DNA of 64,000 bases from a virus: the IMG/VR virus record IMGVR_UViG_3300024350_000006. One strand, given 5' to 3'. Positions 41,633-49,921 of the stretch are shown one piece after another; position 1 is the stretch's first letter; every line of letters begins with the position of its first letter. The notes below the pieces were generated by a model. The model saw only the letters and a program-made list of their open reading frames with translations. It searched no databases and was not told the DNA's origin. Both the position numbers and the translations under genes were made by a program.

Positions 41633-41797
41633 ATGACAACTGAACAGGAAATTCTGTCGTTTCAAAAAAAGTTAGAAGAACGTAATTTTGTTTTTAACGA
41701 TCGATTGCTTGAACAATTGTTTAAAGAAAAAATGGAACGTTTGCGCAGGCAAACAGAACTTAATCAAGAATTACGTCGGCTAATAAAGAGGCGATAA
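41633..41797 (+). CDS. small charged coiled-coil protein (54 aa, not in the ORF track)
   Basis: AAGGGAG RBS; MTTEQEILSFQKKLEERNFVFNDRLLEQLFKEKMERLRRQTELNQELRRLIKRR. Confidence 0.65.
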   Translation: MTTEQEILSFQKKLEERNFVFNDRLLEQLFKEKMERLRRQTELNQELRRLIKRR

Positions 41798-41799
41798 AG

Positions 41800-42063
41800 C
41801 AGTAAAGTGCAATGTGGAACGAGGCCACTGCTCACTATAAAAAGCTAAACGGGCGGACAGTATATATGAAATCACGGCGAGAACGTTGAGAGTAAGACTA
41901 CTGGTTGGGGTGTCGACCCCAACATAATGCGAGGTAACTCGCATTATTCTAAAGCACACTGGGCTAAGTACACGCCTATGCTCTGGACGCAGCCGGGCCG
42001 CCGTAAGGGGGCCTTTAAGGTGGACGGTTCGAATCCGTTAGTGTGTTTTAGAATAGTTCACCA
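41800..42063 (+). ncRNA. unrecognised structured RNA(s), including conserved-stem element A with a tRNA T-arm
   Basis: Hairpins GTTGGGG/CCCCAAC and ATAATGCGAG-GTAA-CTCGCATTAT; 17-bp stem 41945-41961 with 42039-42055. Confidence 0.55.
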
Positions 42064-42109
42064 AATATACTTTACAATTAGTGAGTTTGGCTATATACTA
42101 GAAAAATAC

Positions 42110-42204
42110 GGAGCGTTGGCCGAGTTGGTCGAAGGCACTTTCCTGCTAAGAAAGCATCTGGACAAAAATCTGGATCGTTGGTTCGAATCCAACACGCTCC
42201 GCCA
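42110..42204 (+). tRNA. tRNA-Ser(GCU)
   Basis: Long variable arm, G73, CCA. Confidence 0.92.
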
Positions 42205-42223
42205 AATTATTAAGTGATGATAT

Positions 42224-42844
42224 ATGGTAAATAAAAGTTTCTTATATAAGAATATATTTTCTCAAGAAGAAGTTAATCAAATTTTAAATTTTTTTAAAAA
42301 TCAGCCAATAGCTACAAAAAATTATTTAAATTTTGATAAAAACCTTGATTACCATATTGAAGATAGTTTTGCCCATACTTTTATTAAACCAAAGATACAA
42401 GCTCTAATAGGTGATCATCATTTTGAAAACGGTAGCTACAAAGAATGTATCCAACCCTATACTATACATATAGACAATTATGCTTGGTGGGACGATACCT
42501 ATACTTTTAAAGCAGAAGAAAACCATCAATGTTTTTTGTTGATACCTCTCGTTACTAGTCCTAAATTACGTACTGTAACATTTGATATATTTTACGAAAA
42601 ACGTTATGAAATGGGAGAACCAATGCCCAGTGAATGGTTAGGTGTTAAAAATACACTAGATCTAGAAGACTTTTCGCATTGTAAGCCTGAAACCCGAGAG
42701 CAAATACAGTATCTTCCAGTTGATAGAGATTTAGAATGGCAAGCAGGCGATGTTATTAGATGGCATAAAAACCAATTACATTGCAGCACTGATTTTGCCA
42801 AATACGATTTAGTTAAAAAATTTGTATTATTGGGTCTAGCATAA
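42224..42844 (+). CDS. 2OG-Fe(II) oxygenase-like
   Basis: IHID...W.AGD......LHCS. Confidence 0.55.
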   Translation: MVNKSFLYKNIFSQEEVNQILNFFKNQPIATKNYLNFDKNLDYHIEDSFAHTFIKPKIQALIGDHHFENGSYKECIQPYTIHIDNYAWWDDTYTFKAEENHQCFLLIPLVTSPKLRTVTFDIFYEKRYEMGEPMPSEWLGVKNTLDLEDFSHCKPETREQIQYLPVDRDLEWQAGDVIRWHKNQLHCSTDFAKYDLVKKFVLLGLA

Positions 42845-42853
42845 CAAAATAAA

Positions 42854-42943
42854 GGAAGTGTGGCAGAGTCCGGTTTAATGCACCTGTCTTGAAAACAGAC
42901 GATCAGAAATGGTCCGTGGGTTCGAATCCTACCACTTCCGCCA
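42854..42943 (+). tRNA. tRNA-Ser(UGA)
   Basis: Long variable arm, CCA. Confidence 0.93.
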
Positions 42944-42969
42944 GAATGTTCAAAAACTATCAATACCTA

Positions 42970-42998
42970 TTGACTTAAATTAGAACTTAAAGTAATAT
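42970..42998 (+). promoter_or_regulatory. sigma70-type promoter
   Basis: TTGACT-17-TAATAT. Confidence 0.6.
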
Positions 42999-43029
42999 GT
43001 GAACTTCATTAACTAAGTAGGAGTTCATA

Positions 43030-43287
43030 ATGAACATTAAACTTCGAGCAGCAGGTCGCACAGTGGGTATGATTGCCATAGCTACACTGGCTCCTCTGTT
43101 TGTAATGCTCTTGTTTAGGCTAGATAGTGATACACTTTTTGGTCTATTTACAATTTCCTTTTTCGCCTGGATGATCTGGGTAGTCTATTCAATTAATTTA
43201 ACGCAGTTGGAATCGGAAGAAAAAATTAAAGAGATTCAGGAACGTCGTAGTACAATGATTTCTGGTATGATTAAAGATCCGGAGTAG
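43030..43287 (+). CDS. small membrane protein
   Basis: AGGAG RBS, two hydrophobic segments; stop lies inside tRNA-Trp. Confidence 0.65.
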   Translation: MNIKLRAAGRTVGMIAIATLAPLFVMLLFRLDSDTLFGLFTISFFAWMIWVVYSINLTQLESEEKIKEIQERRSTMISGMIKDPE

Positions 43288-43351
43288 TATAGTGGCAGTG
43301 CGGCGGTCTCCAAAACCGTTAGTGGGGGTTCGATTCCCTCCTCCGGAGCCA
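43278..43351 (+). tRNA. tRNA-Trp(CCA)
   Basis: Cloverleaf, CCA. Confidence 0.9.
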
Positions 43352-43374
43352 ACAATTTTTCTAGGAGTATAATT

Positions 43375-43554
43375 ATGAAGTATCTAAGACTTGCAGTTCC
43401 TACTAGCATTTTTATTTTGTGTTTTCTTAATCTTGCCTTGGCTGTACATCAACACAATGATATGGCGATATGGGCTAATGTAACAGCCCTGTTTGGTTGG
43501 TTAATTGTCAGCGCAGACGAATACACCTATTTTAAGACTAGAGGGACATTGTGA
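43375..43554 (+). CDS. small 2-TM protein (59 aa)
   Basis: AGGAG RBS; shares GWLIV with the next ORF. Confidence 0.55.
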   Translation: MKYLRLAVPTSIFILCFLNLALAVHQHNDMAIWANVTALFGWLIVSADEYTYFKTRGTL

Positions 43555-43742
43555 AAGGCAGTATATTAAAAATAATTGTACCCGTGCTTTTAGTAATAAT
43601 GGGGGCGATTGGTATAGGCACGTATTATGTGCAGGGGAATATGCCAGCAGTGTCTGGATATTTTAGTGCAACACTGGGTTGGCTTATTGTAGCTGGTTTC
43701 AATACAGTCAATTATATTAAAGAGAAAGAATATCTTGTTTAA
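43551..43742 (+). CDS. small 2-TM protein
   Basis: GTGA-coupled to the upstream paralog. Confidence 0.55.
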   Translation: MKGSILKIIVPVLLVIMGAIGIGTYYVQGNMPAVSGYFSATLGWLIVAGFNTVNYIKEKEYLV

Positions 43743-43923
43743 ATTTCCTCTACGTGAATGGCCACATTATATTAAATGGAAATGGCAACAGTTGTTTAGA
43801 CGTAAAAATTTTATGTAATAAAGATAGTCCGGCCTGTAGTTGGGGTATAGCTAGAATTTACTAGTGAACGTATAGGACGCTATGCGCTACGGACATCTAG
43901 GAGGTAATAAGCCTCCAACCTAT

Positions 43924-44001
43924 GCATCGGTACCAGAGAGGCCTAATGGCGGGGTCTGCAAAACCTTCGATTCGCTGGTTCGAATCCAGCCCGATGCTCC
44001 A
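43924..44001 (+). tRNA. tRNA-Cys(GCA)
   Basis: U73, CCA. Confidence 0.92.
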
Positions 44002-44012
44002 GGATACTTTGA

Positions 44013-44085
44013 TGCGGGTTAGGGAAGAGGTCATCCCGTTAGGCTCATAACCTGAAGATCGTTGGTTCGAATCCAGCACCCGCTT
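44013..44085 (+). tRNA. tRNA-Met(CAU), initiator-like
   Basis: 1:72 mismatch; followed by CAA rather than CCA. Confidence 0.8.
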
Positions 44086-44117
44086 CAAAGTATCTTGCCA
44101 ATCTTATAAATATTTTT

Positions 44118-44354
44118 ATGTTATGGGATTGGCATATCTTCCAGTACCGAGCGGAAATACCCTGGCCACAGATGCCCGATGCGCAACTGGACTGGGTCTG
44201 GGGGTTATACTCCGTGGAAAACTGGTTGACCTCTAATGTGGGCCCTAGATATTCTAACTGGGCTTTTGAACCCACTGATCAAATTTACAATATAGGTGTC
44301 GCTTTCCGCTGGGAGCGAGATCAAGTTCTTTTCGTCCTTAAATGGACTCAGTAA
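44118..44354 (+). CDS. hypothetical protein
   Basis: TATAAATA directly upstream. Confidence 0.55.
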   Translation: MLWDWHIFQYRAEIPWPQMPDAQLDWVWGLYSVENWLTSNVGPRYSNWAFEPTDQIYNIGVAFRWERDQVLFVLKWTQ

Positions 44355-44364
44355 AATAATTTAT

Positions 44365-44457
44365 ACTTGGGTAGTGTAACGGTAGCACGACGAGATTTAT
44401 AACCTCGATACGCTAGATGGGCGGTTAGAGAGGGTTCGAATCCCTCCCCAAGTACCA
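44365..44457 (+). tRNA. tRNA(UAU), Ile-like, long variable arm
   Basis: ACTTGGG/CCCAAGT acceptor, loop TT-TAT-AA, about 22-nt variable region, CCA. Confidence 0.8.
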
Positions 44458-44464
44458 AAACAAT

Positions 44465-44540
44465 GCGGGCGTAGCTCAGTTGGTAGAGCGTTACCTTGCC
44501 AAGGTAAATGTCGTCAGTTCGAACCTGATCGCCCGCTCCA
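44465..44540 (+). tRNA. tRNA-Gly(GCC)
   Basis: Canonical. Confidence 0.95.
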
Positions 44541-44637
44541 GTTACTTTAAGGGGAAACAAAATGGGGCAATCGCAGTTTTTATTCTTGTAGTGTACTTAC
44601 TGGTCCTAATCGATAATAATGTAAAATAAATATTTGG

Positions 44638-44859
44638 ATGATTTATGTTGACTATGATAACACTGGACTAGAGATTTATATGGTCACTAATGATTACAAC
44701 GAATGTTTAATTAGGACTACCAATCGCGGCCTAGCCTATTTTGTAGATAAACACAGTCGCGGTCTTAAACAGGGGATGTTTCTTGTAGTTGGAGGAGACC
44801 CTGGATCAAGAAAAGCTAGGCGCCCAATATTTCATCATATAAGGCGTTATTCCAGGTAG
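44638..44859 (+). CDS. hypothetical protein
   Basis: ORF after TAAATA. Confidence 0.5.
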   Translation: MIYVDYDNTGLEIYMVTNDYNECLIRTTNRGLAYFVDKHSRGLKQGMFLVVGGDPGSRKARRPIFHHIRRYSR

Positions 44860-44922
44860 TTGTTCAAAAAACTTGTGTTAAATGTATTTTCAAGTATAAT
44901 GTAAGGCAGTTAGGAAAAAATT

Positions 44923-45192
44923 ATGGATATTACAGTAGCAACAAATTTTGTAACAAGTACTTTATTGATTAGCGTGGCCTGTATGATAGTAGCAGGTTGT
45001 GCAATTTTAATTAACAATATGATTCACAGATGGTGGAAGCCTTTAAGCTGGAGTATTGTGCCGCAGAGTATAAAGGATGTTATATCAGGAAACTTTGAAC
45101 AACCTGCCAAGGAAGTTAAAGAACCTGTAAAACAAGAACCACACATTGAACATCAGGAAAATACAGTAACACAAGTACGAGTTAAAGATTAA
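44923..45192 (+). CDS. small membrane protein
   Basis: AGGA RBS, N-terminal hydrophobic helix. Confidence 0.6.
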   Translation: MDITVATNFVTSTLLISVACMIVAGCAILINNMIHRWWKPLSWSIVPQSIKDVISGNFEQPAKEVKEPVKQEPHIEHQENTVTQVRVKD

Positions 45193-45198
45193 TTTCTA

Positions 45199-45274
45199 GC
45201 CGCTGTAGCTCAGTTGGTAGAGCGCCTGATTTGTAATCAGGATGTCGAGGGTTCGATTCCTTTCGGCGGCACCA
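45199..45274 (+). tRNA. tRNA-Thr(UGU)
   Basis: Canonical. Confidence 0.95.
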
Positions 45275-45278
45275 AGAA

Positions 45279-45476
45279 CCTCGTAGTCCCATCTACGTTA
45301 TTAACTGGGGGTAAATTGGCTTCACCATAATGCCAGGGCTCATACGATGATAGCCTCAAGGCCCGCTATATGGGCGACTTGAAAAATCGTAGGTGGGTAC
45401 TACGCCTTGCCAGAAGTAAATGTAGAGGACGGAGTAACAGCCCAGTCTGGGGCTGATGAGGATCAGTAGCCAGACA
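45279..45476 (+). ncRNA. unrecognised multi-stem RNA
   Basis: Stem 45282-45297 with 45388-45404 enclosing three hairpins; terminal GTCTGG...CCAGAC stem. Confidence 0.6.
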
Positions 45477-45488
45477 ACTTATTTTTTT

Positions 45489-45523
45489 AACCTAGGTACT
45501 ATTGTAGTATGCTAGGTTTTTTT
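45489..45523 (+). terminator. intrinsic terminator inside the tRNA island
   Basis: AACCTAG-GTACTA...TAGTATG-CTAGGTT plus T-run; TTGACA follows at 45529. Confidence 0.7.
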
Positions 45524-45648
45524 ATGCGTTGACAACAAGGAGATCCTGTTATGGATAGTGACAAGAAGGGTCTATTAAGATATGGTTGGACATATCGCGA
45601 TAGGCTTAAACGAGCAGCAATAATGTTCCAACTATATGGTATTACAAT

Positions 45649-45725
45649 GGGTGCGTAACTCAACTGGTTAGAGTAATCGGCTTTTAACCGATAAGTTGTG
45701 AGTTCGAGTCTCACCGCACCTACCA
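45649..45725 (+). tRNA. tRNA-Lys(UUU)
   Basis: Canonical. Confidence 0.95.
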
Positions 45726-45811
45726 TATAAAAACACATTCGAATATAATAATAATAGCGCCCGGGGCTATGGAGAGTATACGACTGTCCAGGAATGTGTT
45801 TTTATATGGTA
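45721..45811 (+). ncRNA. conserved-stem element B
   Basis: Perfect 20-bp stem TACCATATAAAAACACATTC / GAATGTGTTTTTATATGGTA. Confidence 0.6.
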
Positions 45812-46177
45812 CTAGTAAAAACTTATCTAGGGCCTAGCCCTATACACGGACTGGGAGTATTTGCAGATGAATTTGTCCCACAAGGAACTAAAATCTGGCA
45901 GCTAACACCAGGTCTAGATCTAGAGTGGTGTTATTTGGATTTTATTTCTCTACCACTCGCCGCACGAGAGTACATATTACATTGGGGATACAAAGATCCT
46001 GAATCTCAAATGTACAGATTAAGTTTTGACAATGACAGATTTATGAATTGGAGTCGAACTCCAAATGTCGTAGGTAATAGCAATGAAACATTTGCGGCTA
46101 GAGATATTGACAAAGGTGAAGAATTAACTTATCCATATTCCGAAGATTTATTAGGAGATCAAGATGCCAATGTATGA
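45806..46177 (+). CDS. SET-domain protein
   Basis: SPIHGLGVFA, RFMNWSRTPN, AARDIDKGEELTYPY. Confidence 0.85.
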   Translation: MVLVKTYLGPSPIHGLGVFADEFVPQGTKIWQLTPGLDLEWCYLDFISLPLAAREYILHWGYKDPESQMYRLSFDNDRFMNWSRTPNVVGNSNETFAARDIDKGEELTYPYSEDLLGDQDANV

Positions 46178-46313
46178 AACTACTGTGCGTACTCCTCAGG
46201 GAGAGACTAAAGATAGGGTGTATGCCAAGGATCTTCAAGAAGCTCGTCAACTATTTGAGCAGCGACACGGTCCTAGGAATGTACCTTATATTCCCAAAGT
46301 TATACCTAGTTAA
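46164..46313 (+). CDS. small hypothetical protein (49 aa)
   Basis: AGGAG RBS; MPMYETTVRTPQGETKDRVYAKDLQEARQLFEQRHGPRNVPYIPKVIPS. Confidence 0.6.
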   Translation: MPMYETTVRTPQGETKDRVYAKDLQEARQLFEQRHGPRNVPYIPKVIPS

Positions 46314-46317
46314 TAAA

Positions 46318-46392
46318 GGAAGCGTAGCATAATGGTAGTGCAACACCTTCATACGGTGCGCTGTGGGGGTTCGACTCCCTCCGCTTCTACCA
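46318..46392 (+). tRNA. tRNA-Met(CAU), elongator-like
   Basis: Loop TT-CAT-AC, CCA. Confidence 0.88.
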
Positions 46393-46411
46393 ATTTAACT
46401 AAAATAAATTT

Positions 46412-46729
46412 ATGAAAAAATGTCTTCATTGTGGTATTAAACATTCTCAAAAAATATCCACCTGCACAGTATGTAGAAACGGCCTACGCAGATATGGGAT
46501 GACTAGATTGGATATGTTAGCTCTGCACAAAAAACAAAAAGAAAAATGTTATTTGTGTGGGGTAAAATTAGAAATGTTTGTGGGTGCCCGCGGCGGTATG
46601 ATAGATCACTGCCACAAGACTGGGCAAGTAAGAAGTATCCTGTGCTGTAAATGCAACACCGCAGTGGGTGGAATAGAAACTCACAAAAATGTCAAAAAGT
46701 TATTAGAATATGTAAAACTCGGGGAGTAG
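46412..46729 (+). CDS. endonuclease VII-like (His-Me) domain protein
   Basis: CYLC...IDHCHKTGQVRSILCCKCN..VG. Confidence 0.8.
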   Translation: MKKCLHCGIKHSQKISTCTVCRNGLRRYGMTRLDMLALHKKQKEKCYLCGVKLEMFVGARGGMIDHCHKTGQVRSILCCKCNTAVGGIETHKNVKKLLEYVKLGE

Positions 46730-46797
46730 CTTAGTCTGGTTAAAGCGCCTGCTTTGGGAGCAGGAGATCGAGAGTTCGAATCCCTCTTCCCCGACCA
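46720..46797 (+). tRNA. tRNA-Pro(UGG)
   Basis: Canonical. Confidence 0.93.
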
Positions 46798-46798
46798 A

Positions 46799-47230
46799 TT
46801 ATTTAGGTGCCCAGGCGTTACAGCAAGCTCTGGGTTTCACCTTAGTATCTAGATTGAAAAAATCAGGAATTTTTTGGTTTAAAGTTTCAAAAAACGTACA
46901 AGTAGTTCCTTCTAGTGCCACACAGTTTTCACATCTAACCTTGGCAACTACGTAGCCTGCATCCTTGGGTGTAATAGAGTCCATTATAACCTGATTATCT
47001 GCAGGTACACCCTGTACGTAGAGACTACAACTGCCTTCAGCAACCACCTTGTAGTTTTTGCTAAACAGTGTGCATCTTTCACTGTCCGGCATAAAATGAG
47101 AACAGCTACTACACTGAGCAAAGTCCTTGATGTTATTCCTGGGTTCTAGGTAGATAAATGCGTCCCTACGAACTTTGTCAGAACTTTTTGTTGCTTCGGT
47201 AATTATGTTTATGTAGGATCTTAAATTCAT
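46799..47230 (-). CDS. tandem HiPIP-like Cys-motif protein
   Basis: CSSCSHF..CTLF..VVAEGSCSLY and CENC..CTFF..VKPRACCNAW; ATAAATA upstream on the minus strand. Confidence 0.6.
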   Translation of the reverse strand: MNLRSYINIITEATKSSDKVRRDAFIYLEPRNNIKDFAQCSSCSHFMPDSERCTLFSKNYKVVAEGSCSLYVQGVPADNQVIMDSITPKDAGYVVAKVRCENCVALEGTTCTFFETLNQKIPDFFNLDTKVKPRACCNAWAPK

Positions 47231-47247
47231 AGTAATATTTATTTTAT

Positions 47248-47322
47248 GCCTTCGTAGCTCAGTGGTAGAGCATCGTCTTGATAAGGCGAGGGTCGGTGGA
47301 TCGTTCCCACCCGGAGGTACCA
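47248..47322 (+). tRNA. tRNA-Ile(GAU)
   Basis: Cloverleaf, atypical T-loop ATCGTTC. Confidence 0.88.
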
Positions 47323-47329
47323 GAACAAT

Positions 47330-47406
47330 TGGGGATTCGCCAAGTTGGTCAAGGCATCGGATTTTGATTCCGACATTCATAGGTTCGAATCCTATATCCC
47401 CTACCA
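47330..47406 (+). tRNA. tRNA-Gln(UUG)
   Basis: Cloverleaf, CCA. Confidence 0.92.
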
Positions 47407-47413
47407 TAACAAT

Positions 47414-47489
47414 GGTGACTGTAGCATAACGGTAGTGCCACGGATTGTGATTCCGTACAGTGTGAGTTCGACTCTCATCAGTCACCCCA
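47414..47489 (+). tRNA. tRNA-His(GUG)
   Basis: G-1:C73, CCA. Confidence 0.93.
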
Positions 47490-47495
47490 ATTTAA

Positions 47496-47571
47496 GCCGT
47501 CCAAGCTAACCTAGTGGAAGCGTCTGTCTGAAGAACAGAATGGCCTGGAGCGTAACCAGGGGTCGGCACCA
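47496..47571 (+). tRNA. tRNA-Phe(GAA), atypical
   Basis: A at position 8, T-loop AGCGTAA, CCA. Confidence 0.8.
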
Positions 47572-47575
47572 ATTA

Positions 47576-47650
47576 CGGTCCGTAGCTCAGCGGAAGAGTT
47601 CTGGTCTTCGAAACCAGCTGTCGGGAGTTCGAATCTCTCCGGACCGGCCA
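47576..47650 (+). tRNA. tRNA-Arg(UCG)
   Basis: Cloverleaf, CCA. Confidence 0.9.
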
Positions 47651-47822
47651 GCAAAATAAAATTAGTCTTGCTAGGTGATAAATACAAGTGCAACGCCAAG
47701 TTAATTGACGTCGGCAATTCAAACGACGCTTGACATATTGATGTCTTTACTGTATTGTTAATACAGAACGCCAGCCGTGAGCAGGATGCACTGCGAGCAC
47801 TACACCAACACAAGGACAAATA

Positions 47823-48866
47823 ATGAAAACTAGACCATTGAAAAATTATGGTGCTAGTGTTGGACTTGAAGCTTATGATATTGATTGGAACTCTCAAGAA
47901 GAAATTCTTGAACTAGGTCGTCTAGCAGCCAGTCAGTGTGTAGTAGTTGTCAATGAACACATTAGCACCGAGCAACTTTATAAAACTATGATTAACTGGG
48001 GCGATGTAAGTCATCCCATTATAACTGACTATGTAAGTCGTAAACTATTAACAGGCAGTCACTGGCGCGAGCTAACACTTAATCTGCGCTATATAACAAG
48101 TGAAGTTCCTGAACTTAAATCCGTAGCACTAGTAAGTTACCTTAAAAAAGAAAAAGATAGACCACGCGGTTTATTTTCCAATGGAGAACTTGACTGGCAC
48201 AGTGATCAATGCGCTATAGACGACGGACAACGAGTTATTGGTCTTCAAAGTATAAGTGATACAGCAAACAGCCAGACACAATTTTTATGCACACACGATG
48301 CCTACGAGTCATTAAGCTCGGATATGCGTAGTATGATCAAGGAATTGGTCTGTAAGCACCGTTGGTATGAGGGACTTATGGCACCTGGCTTAAACAGGGC
48401 TCAGTCAATGATGCTTAGATATAATATGGTACCCATTGACGGACTTGAAACAAACTTATATTCAGAAACTGCCAGCGGCTTAACTGGAATAAAAATTCCT
48501 AGTCATACCTTTGATGGATTTGTGGGTATGAGCCGTGAAGAAAGTATTAAATTACTAGATGAAATTAAATCAGTAGTCTACAACGATCGTTACGTGCATA
48601 CACAAGACTGGCAGGATGGGCAGATTGTGTTTATGGACCAAGAGATTACTCTACACAAACGACCAACTAATGTAAAAGACGGTGATCGTCGTACAATGGC
48701 ACGTAGTATTACCTATGTTAACTATTTGTACCCTGACAGCGCATACGCCATAAGAAGATCAACTTACAAATATCAAGGTTCAGTTTATACTGAAGAAGAT
48801 TTTGTAAAATTAGTTGATCAAGACCGTCGCACACAATATGAACAAGAATTGGAGTTTGCAGAATGA
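47823..48866 (+). CDS. TauD/TfdA-family dioxygenase (paralog 1)
   Basis: LDWHSD, TQF..T, W..G.IV.MD...TLH.R. Confidence 0.85.
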   Translation: MKTRPLKNYGASVGLEAYDIDWNSQEEILELGRLAASQCVVVVNEHISTEQLYKTMINWGDVSHPIITDYVSRKLLTGSHWRELTLNLRYITSEVPELKSVALVSYLKKEKDRPRGLFSNGELDWHSDQCAIDDGQRVIGLQSISDTANSQTQFLCTHDAYESLSSDMRSMIKELVCKHRWYEGLMAPGLNRAQSMMLRYNMVPIDGLETNLYSETASGLTGIKIPSHTFDGFVGMSREESIKLLDEIKSVVYNDRYVHTQDWQDGQIVFMDQEITLHKRPTNVKDGDRRTMARSITYVNYLYPDSAYAIRRSTYKYQGSVYTEEDFVKLVDQDRRTQYEQELEFAE

Positions 48867-49921
48867 AAATAAGACCATTAAAAAATTACCAGGGTAGCAT
48901 AGGTGTAGAAGTCTATGACATAGACCTCACACAGGACGATGAAATATTTGAGCTTGGTAAGCTAGTAGCAGATCAATGTGTGGTATTCATTGATCAGGGA
49001 GTACCAACACAACGGTTATACGATGTAATGACTCAGTGGGGAAGTCCTAGTCGAGCTCTAATCCATAACTACATAGTAAGTCAGAGACTAAGTGGACGCC
49101 ATTGGCGTGATTTATTCCTACAATTAGGTTACATCAATAATGGTATGGGTGAACTTGCTGGCGCAGTTAGTCGTGTTAGCTACCTAAAAGATGATCGAGG
49201 CCGGCCTAAAGGAATTTTTAGTAACGGAGAATTAGATTGGCACAGTGATCAGTGTGCATTTGATGATGCACCTCGTATGATTGGCCTAATGAGTGTGAGC
49301 GACAGTGCAGGTAGTCAGACACAGTTTATGCCCACACACGATCAATTTATGTCCTTGAGTTCAGATATGCAAAGTATGGTAAAAGAACTTGTAGTGCGTC
49401 ATAAATGGCGTGAAGGGGAAGAAGGATGTGCCCCGGGACTAAATCGTGAACAGACTATGATTATTCATTATAACGGTGTGCCACTAGACGGAATGGAAAC
49501 AAAGTTATACAGCGAAACAGTCACTGGACGCCCGGGGGTAAAATTCCCTCACTTTGATTTTGATGGGTTTGTGGGAATGAGCCAGGAAGAAAGCTGGCGC
49601 CTTTACCGTGAATTAAAGAAACATTTTTATGATGATCGTTATGTCTACACGCAGGATTGGCAGGATGGACAGATTGTGTTTATGGATCAAGAGATCACTC
49701 TACACAAGCGACCAACAAATATTCTAGATGGCGACAAAAGGATGATGCATAGGGTAATAACTTATCTTAATAAAATTAATCCCAACATTCAACCAGCGCA
49801 GACTGTCCGATATCGTGGTGAGATTTACACTCACGATGAATTTGCAAAATTAGTTGATGCAGACCGTCGCAGACAATATGAACAGGAACTTGATGAACAA
49901 GCAAGACTCCAACCATATTAA
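48863..49921 (+). CDS. TauD/TfdA-family dioxygenase (paralog 2)
   Basis: Same motifs; tandem duplicate. Confidence 0.85.
   Translation: MKIRPLKNYQGSIGVEVYDIDLTQDDEIFELGKLVADQCVVFIDQGVPTQRLYDVMTQWGSPSRALIHNYIVSQRLSGRHWRDLFLQLGYINNGMGELAGAVSRVSYLKDDRGRPKGIFSNGELDWHSDQCAFDDAPRMIGLMSVSDSAGSQTQFMPTHDQFMSLSSDMQSMVKELVVRHKWREGEEGCAPGLNREQTMIIHYNGVPLDGMETKLYSETVTGRPGVKFPHFDFDGFVGMSQEESWRLYRELKKHFYDDRYVYTQDWQDGQIVFMDQEITLHKRPTNILDGDKRMMHRVITYLNKINPNIQPAQTVRYRGEIYTHDEFAKLVDADRRRQYEQELDEQARLQPY

Noticed and set aside
45453-45459. CTGATGA hammerhead core
   Set aside because: No correctly placed GAAA after a stem II.
46799-47485. 228-aa version of the minus-strand ORF
   Set aside because: The extension runs antisense through three tRNAs; the start is better placed at 47230 after ATAAATA.
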